A DNA stretch of 58,429 nucleotides, filler included, from Sphacelaria rigidula (Eukaryota): the NCBI GenBank assembly GCA_964200075.2. It is 8 parts of 8 records of this genome, joined end to end, with 100 filler letters (N's around TTAATTAATTAA, not from the genome) between each part and the next. Parts side by side here need not be neighbours in the genome. Positions count along the whole stretch, not along the records: positions 7,318 to 14,533 come from CAXNAA020015920.1; positions 14,634 to 21,849 come from CAXNAA020015921.1; positions 21,950 to 29,165 come from CAXNAA020015922.1; 5 more parts are not named here. One strand, written 5' to 3'. Position numbers and translations under genes: made by a program. The notes below the pieces were generated by a model. The model did no database searches, was not told the origin of the DNA, and saw only the letters and a list, made by a program, of their open reading frames with translations. Below are positions 13,135-24,115 of the stretch, piece after piece (positions within the stretch are counted from its first letter, which is position 1; every line of letters begins with the position of its first letter).

Positions 13135-14435
13135 CTGAGAAGAAAAGAACAGAATGTTTCGGTTCAAATGCCAATACAAGGAATACGAAAATGCAAGTGC
13201 AGATAGAAACGGGGGATGCGGATGCGGATGCGGATGCGTGTGTTTGCTTACGTGAAAACGTGTATATATGTGTGTTTCAATTCATGCTTGTATTTTCAAT
13301 CTGTGAGTTCACGGTGTAACATTGTGTGATTGTGTAGGGATTGATCTACAGAAGGTGCATGTTGCCACCAATGCCAGGAGGGGACTCGTCACTGTTCCGC
13401 ACTGACGAGACCGAGAGGGAGATGGAGCGAACCTCTTTGTGATCATCAGGTCTCTTTCTTGAATCACGGCCCAATCACCGCTATAAATAAAAAACCCGCC
13501 AGAGCTGAGCAGGCACCGGCGAGTACGAGTCGCACAAATGCCTGCTCACCAACCACTTTTGCTTGACTACCAGACACACGGAAGAGAATTGTGAAAACGG
13601 TTTAAAACTATCCTCACCGGTAGCCGGCGAAAGCTGTTCTTCACATACACCTGTTCTCGGCACAAAACCCACAAAGAGGCTCACGAAGACGAGAGTGATT
13701 CGAAAAACTGCCCCATGAATGAATGATTGATTGGCTGATTGTCGCACATGAGCTTGCTCTCGAGCAACCTTGCCGTGGTTACAAGGAAGGAGAAAGACAC
13801 AAAATGAAACACCGCCTAAAAGAAGCTCGAGGAAGAGGAAACATACAACAAAGAGAAATAGAACAAAGAAGATGAACTGAAAGAAAAACGAGAAACTAGA
13901 CAAGATTAAAGGAAAGCAGAACACAAACAAAATAGAGGGGAAAATCCAGGTACGGGAAGGAGAAGGAGAATGACGCAGAGTAGATCGAGTACTGGTCCCG
14001 ATGAAGGAAATCATGAAAGCATCATAGAAGGAACACATTGAAGGGTATATTAAGGATTTGACACGTGTTTCCCCCCTGTTTTTGGCATTAACGTCTTCTC
14101 TACGTCATCAATCTAATGGTGGGCTGTCAATAGATGTTTTTGTTCGCTTTGGGGTGGAGCACTTACATGCTGCGAAGGGAGGGGTTGCGGGTATCATGGT
14201 AGCAGCTGAAATACTAATTTTTGGTTGAGCGGCGGTAAGTCTTCAAACACGCAAGTTCGTTGGTTTTGCACGGAACTGGCGGTACTCTAAAACGTAGTTG
14301 GCGGTGTTCACGTGACCGTGCGGACGAGCGACTCAAGAGTTATCCAGTTGCGAAGGTGAAGACAGTAGCTTTTATTAGAAAATAATCTCTAGTAAACTGT
14401 CCCCACACTTATCTCCATGGCTTGAACTCCCCCCC

Positions 14436-14503
14436 ATGCTCCGTCTCGAAAGGGATGCGTGGTCAATGGTCAAACGACTAAGGCAAGCAACAAATGAGTA
14501 CGC
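14436..14503 (+). mobile_element. LINE-like 3'-end repeat (type A), short copy
   Basis: GCTCCGTCTCGAAAGGGATGCGTGGTCAATGGTCAAACGACTAAGGCAAGCAACAAATGAGTAC, preceded by a C7 run and followed by C-rich sequence. Confidence 0.75.
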
Positions 14504-14633
14504 GAAGACCCCACCCGGCGGCAGCCACCGCCGNNNNNNNNNNNNNNNNNNNNNNNNNNNNNNNNNNNNNNNNNNNNTTAATTAATTAANNNNNNNNNNN
14601 NNNNNNNNNNNNNNNNNNNNNNNNNNNNNNNNN

Positions 14634-14760
14634 ATTAGGGGTAGGAACGGTGCTCCGTCTCGAAAGGGATGCGTGGTCAATGGCCAAACGACTAAGGCAA
14701 GTAACACATGAGAACGCCCCCCCCCTCCCTCCCTCCACCTCCCCCCCCCAATCCGCCCCA
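14634..14760 (+). mobile_element. LINE-like 3'-end repeat (type A) with long C-rich tail, at contig start
   Basis: Same consensus, ending ...ACACATGAGAACG, then CCCCCCCCTCCCTCCCTCCACCTCCCCCCCCC. Confidence 0.75.
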
Positions 14761-15304
14761 AAAATGTCGCGAAGAACATATTCACACAGTGCATGATAGC
14801 TAGTTTCAGACGGGATATACCGCCTCATATGGGCGATATTTGCGACAGCGATCCCAAACGTGCGAGTTTTCAGCTGCTCGGCGTGCTCAGACTTTTGTCG
14901 TTTCGATTCGCAGGTAGATATTGCCTCTTCAAACCAGCCACTTTTGGGGAGTGGGGGGGGGAGGGGGGGGTTATCGCGGGATTGCTGGGCCACCTGAATC
15001 CCCCCGCAGTTTTATTTTGGGCCCATCAGAAAACTGCGTGCCGTTCTGCCATTACGTCTGTTGTAGCATACACATATATTTAGAGAGAAAGAAGGCGACA
15101 ACAAAGCGATTCATCCGTACACTTGAAAATCCAAAGATGTAAATATATGTGTGTGTGTATATAAATACTGTGTTGGGGAACCTGCGGCGGCACTACATAC
15201 AAGGCGGTTTTCATCAGTAATTAACTCTTGCCCGGGTGCGCCCAATTCCAACAGTAGCCCCTCGAACTTTCCTTCCACCTTGACCCTGAAAATTCTGATC
15301 AAGC

Positions 15305-15700
15305 TAGGATACCGTACCATACCCCACAGTATCCCGGGTATATATCTGGGGTGCTTCGAAGACCGATTATCCCGGCGTACCTGATGGTATACCGATTGCC
15401 GAGGACCCCAGGTTACCCGGTGTATTGGATGCCGACAGTACCGAATATTGCGGGGTACCTGAGGTACCAGCTACCGAAAATACCGAGCACCCCAGGTCGC
15501 TGACAGTTCCGAATATTGCTGGGTACCTGAGCTATCAACTACCGACAGCACCGAGGACCTCAGGTGACCTGCTGTATTTATTACTGATTTACCGACTATT
15601 GCTGGGTACCTGATTTTTCGACTACCAGACATACCGAGGGTCCTGGGGATCTTGGGGGAATCGACACTCCAAGATACCCCACCCTGACCCCCACTACCTA
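15305..15700. repeat. TACCG/GGGTACC-rich degenerate repeat (possible transposon subterminal region)
   Basis: Many TACCG(A), GGGTACCTGA and CCGAGG motifs. A similar TACCC-rich tract lies at 38060-38296. Confidence 0.45.
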
Positions 15701-16344
15701 TACCTTTGCGGCGCGATTTCACTTTCCCCCCGCTCCCTCCCCTTCCCCGCCCGACAAAAATATGGACAAAATATAGTACGCAGTATAAATATATGATGAA
15801 AAAAAACGTCAACTGAAAGCGCTGCTGTATTGTTGTGTCGAGTAGGAGAAAGGAAACAAACTACAGTATATATATACCCGACCGCTTCTGAGAAAATTCT
15901 TCGGAAAAAAAAAAAAACTTCGTCGTCCACAACGTGTGCAATCATGACTGTGTGAGTGAGCCATACAAACCACAGCGGAATATGTTGAGCCTTATGTTTA
16001 GTGTACGGTAGTCGGCAGAGTTAACTACTCGGCATGGATCTACGGCCGACTCTAAAAAATAAAATATACAGACAGGCGTAAAACAAGGACCGAAAAACAA
16101 AAACAAAAAATGCTGGTTGCTTGCTGTCTGCGCCGTCTATAAGGACGGCTCGTTAAACCGAGGAACTTAACTTGCGACAGATAACCTGGTTAAGTGGAAC
16201 ACCCGAGACGTACGTGTGTATACAGTCGGTCGCGTTTTCGCGCTGTTGAATCACGACTGCCGTACTGTACGCCTTAGACTTCTCCAGTAACACCGAAAGT
16301 AGTGTATGCTGACACACCGAAACAGCGCAGTACAACAGGCATGA

Positions 16345-17190
16345 AAAAGCCTCCGACCAAACCGTCAAAATATGCCTACCGGATCGCCGAGCGGACCGGA
16401 TCCATAACTGTGGCAAACAGCCGTCACTAAACGATGAGTGCATACCGACCGGACGCCGAGCCGGACCGAAACCATAGCCAGCGCAAAAAGCCCCCAGTAA
16501 ATAAAGAAACGTTGCCGACCAGACCCCGTACCCTGGATCGGACGAAATCCGTGGTCCGCGCAAAAACCTCCACCATGCGATGAACACTTGCCTACCGGGC
16601 ACCAAACCGAACCAGATCCATGGCAACCCCGCAAAAAGCCTCCAGTAAACGACGGAAACATGCCTGCCAGATCTCCGAGCAGACCGGATCAATAAGCGGC
16701 GCGAACAACTTTCACGTAATGATGAAAGCATGTCCATCGGACACCGGGCCAGATCGGACCCACAGCCAGCGCAAAAAGCCTCCAGTAAACGATGGAAACA
16801 TGCCTACCGGACTCCCGGGCGGACCGGGTCAACAAGCGGCGCAAAAAGCTTCCACTTGATGATGAGAGCATCCCTACCGAGCACCAAACCGGACCGGATC
16901 CATAGCGAGCGAAAAAAGTCTCCAGTAAATGAAAAAACTTTGCCTACCGGATGCCGGACCGGACGGGATCCATGGTCAGCGCAAAAGACCTCCAGTAAAT
17001 GAAAAGTTGCCTACCGGGCACCGGATTGGACCAGAATTCATCGTCAACGCAGAGAGCCTCCACTACATGGTGAAAAATTGCCTACCGGGAACCGAACCGG
17101 ACCGGATCCATAGCCAGCGTAAAAAAGCCTCCAGTAAATAATGAAAACTTGTCTACCAAAGACCAGACCGGTCCGGATCCATAGCCAAAA
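16345..17190. repeat. ~70-bp diverged tandem repeat, 12 copies, with local 140-bp dimeric structure
   Basis: Units begin at about 16345, 16413, 16485, 16562, 16633, 16703, 16773, 16843, 16912, 16983, 17051 and 17121. Approximate consensus: AAAAAGCCTCCAGTAAAYGATGAAAACNTGCCTACCGGNNNCCGNNCCGGACCGGATCCATAGCCAGCGC. Confidence 0.9.
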
Positions 17191-17433
17191 AATTGTGGAG
17201 AATTTTCTCGTAGAAGACGCGCAGGTCTCCTTCCTTGGTACGAACTTAGAGGGACTTCAAACTGCAGCGAGCACTCTACTCGAAGAAATCGCAGTCTCGG
17301 GAAATCCAAGCGTGATTGATCATGCGACTCTCTGTATCATGCACACAGACAACGCGCATCTTAATCGGGCCGAGCCATCCTTTCATACAGCAAGTAGTTT
17401 CGTCCCCGGCAGCCATTGCGGGAGCGGACCGGC

Positions 17434-17504
17434 GGGGGGGGTACTCATCTATTGCTTGCCTTCGTCGTTTGACCATTGACCACGCATCCCTTTCGAGACG
17501 GAGC
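17434..17504 (-). mobile_element. LINE-like 3'-end repeat (type A), short copy
   Basis: G8 followed by TACTCATCTATTGCTTGCCTTCGTCGTTTGACCATTGACCACGCATCCCTTTCGAGACGGAGC. Confidence 0.75.
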
Positions 17505-18573
17505 CAAGTCGTGCACACATGTATGCCCGAGGTGTCCATTTTCGGGTGCTTCAAAGGGGGAGTCAACTGACTGCAAGGTATCTGAAATTACCCCCAACGA
17601 TGTGCGACTGGCGATTGATCTCCCCCTGGTTGAGACAAGCGTTGGTTTGATTGGTATCTTCGCCGGGTCAGACGGCTCGAGGCTGTTTTGCGCCCGATCG
17701 ACTCTGGTATGTAGCCTTGCAGGAGTGATACATACGGTAAACCCAATTATTCTCTTCACGGTAGCCCCGACCCCAGGCGAGGATCTGTTTCGATTTCAGT
17801 CAGAATAATACTGCTGTATCACCAGCATGCACTACTACTGCCTCGCCAGCATGCACCACTACTGTATCGCTAGCATAAAGCTCGCACTACCCGCATACCA
17901 CACATACTACAGCCTGATTCAGAAGTGCCCATGCGTTTATTTCCCGGGACCAAGAAGATAGATAGATGAGACGGCATTGCACAGAGATGTGGAGAATGGA
18001 TGCCTCATCGAAAGAAATAAAAAATAAAATAAAAAGGAGCGAAACGAAACAAAACGAAACGAAACAAAAAGAAAGAGGTACTCGTATGCCGTACGCTCAC
18101 GCGAACTGATCGACATTACTTCCCATGGTTTCAAAACACACTCCATTTTTGTCAAAACGCTAATGGTAAAAACCCTACAGCTGCAACCCAGGGCATACAT
18201 ACCGAGAACATCCCGGGCAAAAAGATTGATGTGAAACCCTACCGCAGGCAAAGTGCGCGTTGGCACCGCTCAAATCGGCGCCTACAGCGCTGACTGAAGC
18301 AAAAACGCCTCCTGCGCATGTTGTACGGATACCTGGGACTGCCAGGTGCCGAAACATCCGAATACGGCAGTTGACACTAAAGAGCAGCATTTGTTGGAAA
18401 CCATGGATTTTGTCGACTAGGTCGCGTAAACTCTACTGAGACGAAGCGAGGGAGAAACAAGACATAGAAAACAATCATCTTCCATCGTTCAACAACCACA
18501 AGAAGACAAGAAAAAAAAAAGTAGATTGCAACTTCTCTATTATACTACTACCTTCTCCCTCCACAACCTTATT

Positions 18574-18823
18574 CGTATTCGTTCGCTCTCTCAGAAGATA
18601 CGAATATGTTTGTGTGCCACTCACTCACTGCGTACGTATGCGCCACAACATTACGTATTCGTTCGCTGTCTCTCGAAAGAAATGTATACGTTTGTGCGGC
18701 ACCGCATACGTATGCCAAAGACATCACGTATTCGTTCGCTCTCTAAAAAGATACGGACATGCCTGTGTGGTATCGCGTACGTACGTATGCGAGGAACACG
18801 TATCGTATCGTATCGTATCGTAT
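18574..18823. repeat. Three ~75-80-bp tandem units starting CGTATTCGTTCGCT, followed by (TATCG)n
   Basis: CGTATTCGTTCGCT occurs at ~18574, 18654 and 18727, each followed by related sequence. Confidence 0.7.
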
Positions 18824-19998
18824 AGCCGGCAACCAACAGCAAACGGAACCCCGGTGAAGGCTATCTTTTAGACCTTCCGTCTTAATTAAGCTCCGTTTCC
18901 CTAAAAACTGCGTGGTGTGTACAGTACTCGTGACAGAATCTCCCATTAATCCGGAAGTACAACAATCTTGCCCGAAGGAGCAGAAGGAAGCTCGGGCCAG
19001 CCCGTGTCTCTTGGGTTCCCCAACGGACGTTCCTAACCCCCCCCCCCCCCCCGCCAGATCATCCTAGATATGCTCAGCGGTATTGAACAAACATGCATCC
19101 CTTCTTCATCTTCCTTAACAACAGAGAAAAACCCACAGACACACAGAACGCACAACGCACACTTCGTGCATGTGTGTTATTAATAGCTCAGATGTAAAAA
19201 AGTATATAGATATATTATTTATAAATGTAAGCAGAGCATACAGACAACGGCAATCGGTACAGCAACAACAACAGCAACAGCAACAACTATAAGAAATTAG
19301 AACAAAAAAAAAACGGAAACGCTTCACTGGGCACGAACAACGCCAAGAACCAATACCTGCAACAGCAACAGTAGCAGAAAAAAAGAGCAAGGACCAAACC
19401 CCGAAAAGGGTTCTCGACTAGGCTTTGAGTACGTTCCTCGAGCAGACTGGCATGGTCATCATCCATTAAATTTCACCATCGTTCGTGAGTTAATACACAC
19501 GCAGCCTTCTATAAAAAAACACGAACATGGGAAATGAAGCAGCAGCCTCGTAGCTTGAAGGTAAAAGAAGAAATCGTGGCTCAAGAATCGCGGCTAAATT
19601 GAACGACGCACACTAATTCCTAAAATATGACGTCATGGGGAACTATACAGTTCATTCAGTATCTCCATGATTTCTACAAGAAGACATGAAAAACGAAGCG
19701 TGTGTTTGCTCCATTTCATGCTGACTTGATAGCGGACCTCGTCTGTACACCAAAGCGATAAAAACAAGGAACAAGAAAGAAAAAAAAACACAAGCCCCCT
19801 ATTTTTTGCTCAACCAGTCATACCGTAGCGCGCACAAGGTCGCTCAGAGGGTTTGTTTAGCTTCGATCTCGACAATGCCACCGCTGCCCCTTTCTCCGTT
19901 CACAGGGCATACAACCCACCCCAACAACCGCACAAGCAAGTAACCACGCAGGCATGCACACACACAGAAACGAGATACAACTTGCACACACGATCAGT

Positions 19999-21038
19999 TT
20001 ACTCTCGTCTCTGACCTCGAATCCTACGCGCTAACTGGAAGTCTCGGATCTTGCGAGCGAGCACATTAGGAGAAGGAAGCGGACGGGGGCGGGGAGGGGG
20101 AAGCAAACAAAGACGAAGGCACATCGAGACGCGAACCGGAACATCTTGATGTCAACAGTAACGAACACATTGTATGCGTATGCGCCAGCGGGAATACAGA
20201 CCATACGTTGGACGCGAGAACACGTCGGACGCGAGCAGGAACAAATTGAACGCCAACCGGAACATTTTGGATGCCAACCGGAACAAAGTGAACGCCAACC
20301 GGAACACGCACATGAAGAGATTGGACGCGAACCGGAAAATATTGGATGTCAACAGGAACACATGGCATACATTGAAGGCAAGCAACTTGATTTCGAGAAA
20401 GAGTCGAAGAAATTTCCCGAAGGATCATCGTCATCACCAGTACCATCACCATGTAGCAGCATCAATTGATAAGGATACACACACATGTTCTGGCTCTTGT
20501 TGTTGTTGTCTTCAAATTATAAATTGTTCCGATATCTGCGCGGTACATTCGTACTGAGCATCTGATGCGAACGCCTTCCGCGGTCACAGGCTAGCTACTG
20601 ATAATAACATATGAGGAAATAAATAAATAAAAAGACTTAGAGTAAAACTCACAAAACGCGATACAAGCAAAATAGGGATAAAAAATAACAAAAGAAGAAA
20701 GAGAACACATATGGCTAACCTTAGAAGATCCGGTGCCGCAGGTGGCCATTCGGACTTCAGCGGGTGGCACCCGGCTTTCCGACTCGACGCGCGAGGCAAC
20801 ACACTGCATATATATATACATATATCCGGGGCTAGCGAGCTACTACGCATTAGCTTCTCCTCCTATTTTGGCCGCTCACCATGACAGTCACTCGTCTGGC
20901 GTGCAGCGCACAGAGATTGGAGTCCTCGAACAGACCGATGAGGTGTGCTTCTGCTGCCTCCTGTAACGCGAGTAGGGCGTTGGCTTGCCATCGATACTGT
21001 TTTCCTGGTGGCGTGAACGACTCCTGTAGCTCCTTCAC
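19999..21038 (-). CDS. CENH3: Centromeric histone H3 variant (CENH3/CENP-A-like), 3' part; exons 21038-20880 and 20049-19999 (stop)
   Basis: The spliced product [69 protein letters not shown] is an H3 histone fold. It has a longer loop 1, RWQ in place of canonical RFQ, and S at canonical T107, which are known CenH3 hallmarks. Splice sites are AG/GT, phase 0. Confidence 0.85.
20128..20362. repeat. 21-bp degenerate tandem repeat (TGGACGCCAACCGGAACAAAT-like), ~8 copies, in the CENH3 intron
   Basis: Units include TGAACGCCAACCGGAACATTT, TGGATGCCAACCGGAACAAAG and TGGACGCGAACCGGAAAATAT. Confidence 0.8.
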
Positions 21039-21588
21039 CTGCCGTTATTCATGTGGTCGTTTTTCATGTGGTCATTGTTAATGTGGTCGTTGTTAATGTG
21101 GTCGTTGTTCATATCGCGTTTGTCGTCATCGTCGTCATCACCGCCGCCACCGCGTTTTATATTTCATTTTTTTTTACTCACCCGACGGACCCATGCATCA
21201 ACCAAAATGGAGCGATCACAAATCATAACAGGAAATCATTATTAAATGCAAGGATGCAACGATGAGTCACAAAAAAATGGGAAACGAAGAACGACGAATA
21301 ATTTGAAAAAACAAACAAACTGAAAGACGAAACTTGAAGATGGAAAAATAAGCGCGAGAGAGAAACAACAGACAGGACACACATACACATACACACACCA
21401 GAGAATCTCCAGTCTCAAATAGCGATAGAGAAAAAAATCAGTAGACACAAAATGAAAAGATCAGATTACTTCTCACAGCAACTACTCAAAAAAAAAATGA
21501 TCGTTGGATTGATGTTCTTGTCCACCCTTTGTGCGGCACTACACTCAAAGCTTTTTCATAAGCCCAAATGTGGTCGAGAGAACGCGCG

Positions 21589-21849
21589 CGGGGGGGGAAG
21601 GGGGGGGGCGAACTTATTTGTTGCTTGCCTTAGTCGTCTGACCATTCACCACGCACCACTTTCGGGACGGAGCACCGTTCCTGCTTCTAATAAAGACACC
21701 TCCAGCATTCCGGTGCTCACTACGTTTCTTCTATACATCACATAAAATCTTTCACGTATCTCATCCTCGTCCTTTTTCGCCTGGGAGGGGGAGGGGGAGG
21801 GGGATGTACTCATGATCATGCTTGCCATAGTCATCAGACCATTGACCTC
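21589..21849 (-). mobile_element. Tandem type B + type A LINE-like 3'-end repeats, each ending at a C-rich tract
   Basis: Minus strand: GGTCAATGGTCTGATGACTATGGCAAGCATGATCATGAGTAC, then (CCCCCT)n, then CAGGCGAAAAAGGAC...GCAACAAAT, then a C tract. Confidence 0.75.
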
Positions 21850-22099
21850 NNNNNNNNNNNNNNNNNNNNNNNNNNNNNNNNNNNNNNNNNNNNTTAATTA
21901 ATTAANNNNNNNNNNNNNNNNNNNNNNNNNNNNNNNNNNNNNNNNNNNNAGGTTACTTCTTCCGAATAAGAGCTTGTCCTCGGCACTTCTGCTACAAACA
22001 GTTCGCAAGTCGGGTTGCCCACTTGGGCCTCAATTCAGAGTTGAACCTCAATTCGCACAATTTGCTTACAGTTGAAATTCAACTTCCTGCGCGCGTTGT

Positions 22100-24057
22100 G
22101 GCTGTGTATGGCCCGTGTGAACCTGATGACTCGATGCCGTCCTAATCTGTCGTCCGTCAAGCGCAACAAAAAGACCTTGGGGCCGAAGATGCGGATTTGC
22201 AATCTTTCGAGTCGGACATTGGTACTGCTATCTTGGACAATGAAGGTCCGTTTCGTGTGCATGTGCGTGGCCGAAACGTTGTGTGGATTCCGAGTTCTGA
22301 CAAGCAGTTGCAGGTACGTCTGATGATGATTTACGCGCACATGCGCGACGCCGGGCATCGTGGTGTGGCTGCGACTCTCGTGTGCTTGCAAGAGGTTTGT
22401 GTCTGCAGGGGATAGAAACTCGTGTGCGCGAATTTGTCCGCCAGTGTCTTCACTGTGCTGACTCGAGGGCGGCCGATGTTGTTCCCCGCCCGCTCGGCGA
22501 AACGGTCCATGGGACCACACGCCGAATAAAGTCGTTCATTTTGACTTCTTATACGTGGGTGAGTGGGCCCGCTAGCTTCCCAAGGTTTGTCGGAGGATGC
22601 TGGGTTTCGATACATTTTGGTAATCATGAATGATTTGAGCAACTTTGTGGCCCTGGAACCCGTAGAAGTGTCTACTGCTGAATCGACCGCTGCACCTTTG
22701 CTGAATTGGTGCAAAACTTTGGGAGTGCTGCGTGTGTGGGTGAGTGATACCGCCATGCATTTCAATAATGCGATCTTGGCCCGATTGCGAGAGGCTTTGC
22801 GCGTTGATCACCAGTTTGCGGTAGCGTATTCTCCGCGGTCTAACGGTACGTGCGAACGCATGGTCAAGGAAGTTGTTCGTGCTCTTCGATCTATTCTTCT
22901 CGAGCAGCGTCCAGAGGTGACTGAGTGGGTGGACGTGTTGCCCGCTGTGCAGTGGGTGCTAAATACAGCATATCGCCGTCGGTACGATAGTACGCCGTAT
23001 CACGTGATGTTTGGTCGTGCTCCTCGGACGTCTTTCTCCGTGTTGGCGTCCTCATCGGCGGGGGAGTGGAACTGTAATGTCTCAGACGATGCGAAACTGA
23101 AGCGTGCGTTGCAAAGAGTTTTGAAGTTGCAGGAAAGTTTCCACGTACAAGTGCAGGAGCGTGTTGCCGCTGAACGTGCGCGTAGACGTGAGGGGTCTTC
23201 GTCGGGGCTGAAATTGCCGAGTTTCGAGGTAGGCGGTTATGTTTGTATGCACGCGTGCGTCGCCCGGGAGTAACACCTAAATTGATGGCGACGTGGACTG
23301 GTCCGTGGAGAGTGGTTAGTGCTCATCACCAGCATGTGTTTGAGATCCAAAACGTTGTTTCGAGTCGTGTTCAGACCGCCCATGTAGCTCGTTCGCGTTT
23401 TTATGTAGACTCACAGTTGAATTTAACGGCAGACGTGAAGTATGTGTTTTAGAACGCTTTCAACCAGGGGCAATTTCAGATGGCTAGGATTGTTCGCGTG
23501 GCAGAGGCAGAGGATCGTTCGTTGATCGTATTGGTCGACTGGATAAGTTTTGAAGTCGAGGAGCGTACATGGGAGCCTTTTGAAAATATTTTTGCGGCCT
23601 ATCCGGACTTTATAGAATGGAGTTGCGTAAGGAGCGAGTGACTCGTTCCATTGCTGCTCGAATTAAGCGTGAGTTTGGGATTCCGTTGTGACTTTCTTAA
23701 TCGTTTTGGCGTTATTTTTCTGAGTGTCAAGCTTGTTGCTCGATTCTCATCCAACGCGCTTTGGGGGTGCTGTGACGAAATCACGCCATCGTGAGTATAA
23801 TATAGTGATGATTGGATGATGACTTGGGATCTGCAGTGATGATCTGAATGATGACCAGGGACACGGAGATGGTATCTGCAGGTCTAGAAAGCTGATGCCC
23901 TTCCAGGGTACTCCTGAATAATGAGATGTTGTAAAGGCTGACAACTGACACTGAGGCCAGTAAGACTGGGGAGTCCCTCAACAGCAGTGATCCAACAGTG
24001 CTTCCGCTGGCTGGCGTCACAAGTCCTACCCGACAACGCCCTCGTCATGACGACAAC
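22100..24057 (+). mobile_element. Ty3/gypsy chromovirus-type LTR retrotransposon, 3' part (integrase, chromodomain, PPT, putative 3' LTR ~23771-24057), decayed
   Basis: Integrase HHCC (AHMRDAGHRG...CLHC), core (MNDLSNF, VSDTAMHF, YSPRSNGTCERMV), WTGPW motif and chromodomain (VLVDWISFEVEERTWEP). TTTGGGGGTGC is followed by TGTGACG as the LTR start. Frameshifts and stops are present. Confidence 0.9.
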
Positions 24058-24115
24058 AGAGAACATGGGCGAGGTCATAGGTTTCACGGAAAGGGCTTAG
24101 ATGCTGTTGCGTCCT

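Noticed and set aside
13395..13430. Hammerhead ribozyme cores (CTGACGAGACCGAGAGG here; CTGATGAGGCAT...ATGCC at ~52955)
   Set aside because: Neither has GAAA after stem II, nor stems I and III.
13481..14038. Hydrophobic membrane-protein-like ORFs (also 10342-10984)
   Set aside because: The Phe/Leu richness comes from low-complexity T-rich or A-rich intronic DNA.
16345..17190. CRISPR-like array
   Set aside because: The would-be spacers are homologous to each other, the repeats are degenerate, no cas genes are present, and the context is eukaryotic.
17200..17710. Two possible plus-strand exons (EDAQVSFLG...; VSEITPNDVRL...)
   Set aside because: No family was recognised and the first segment has no convincing donor, so support is insufficient.
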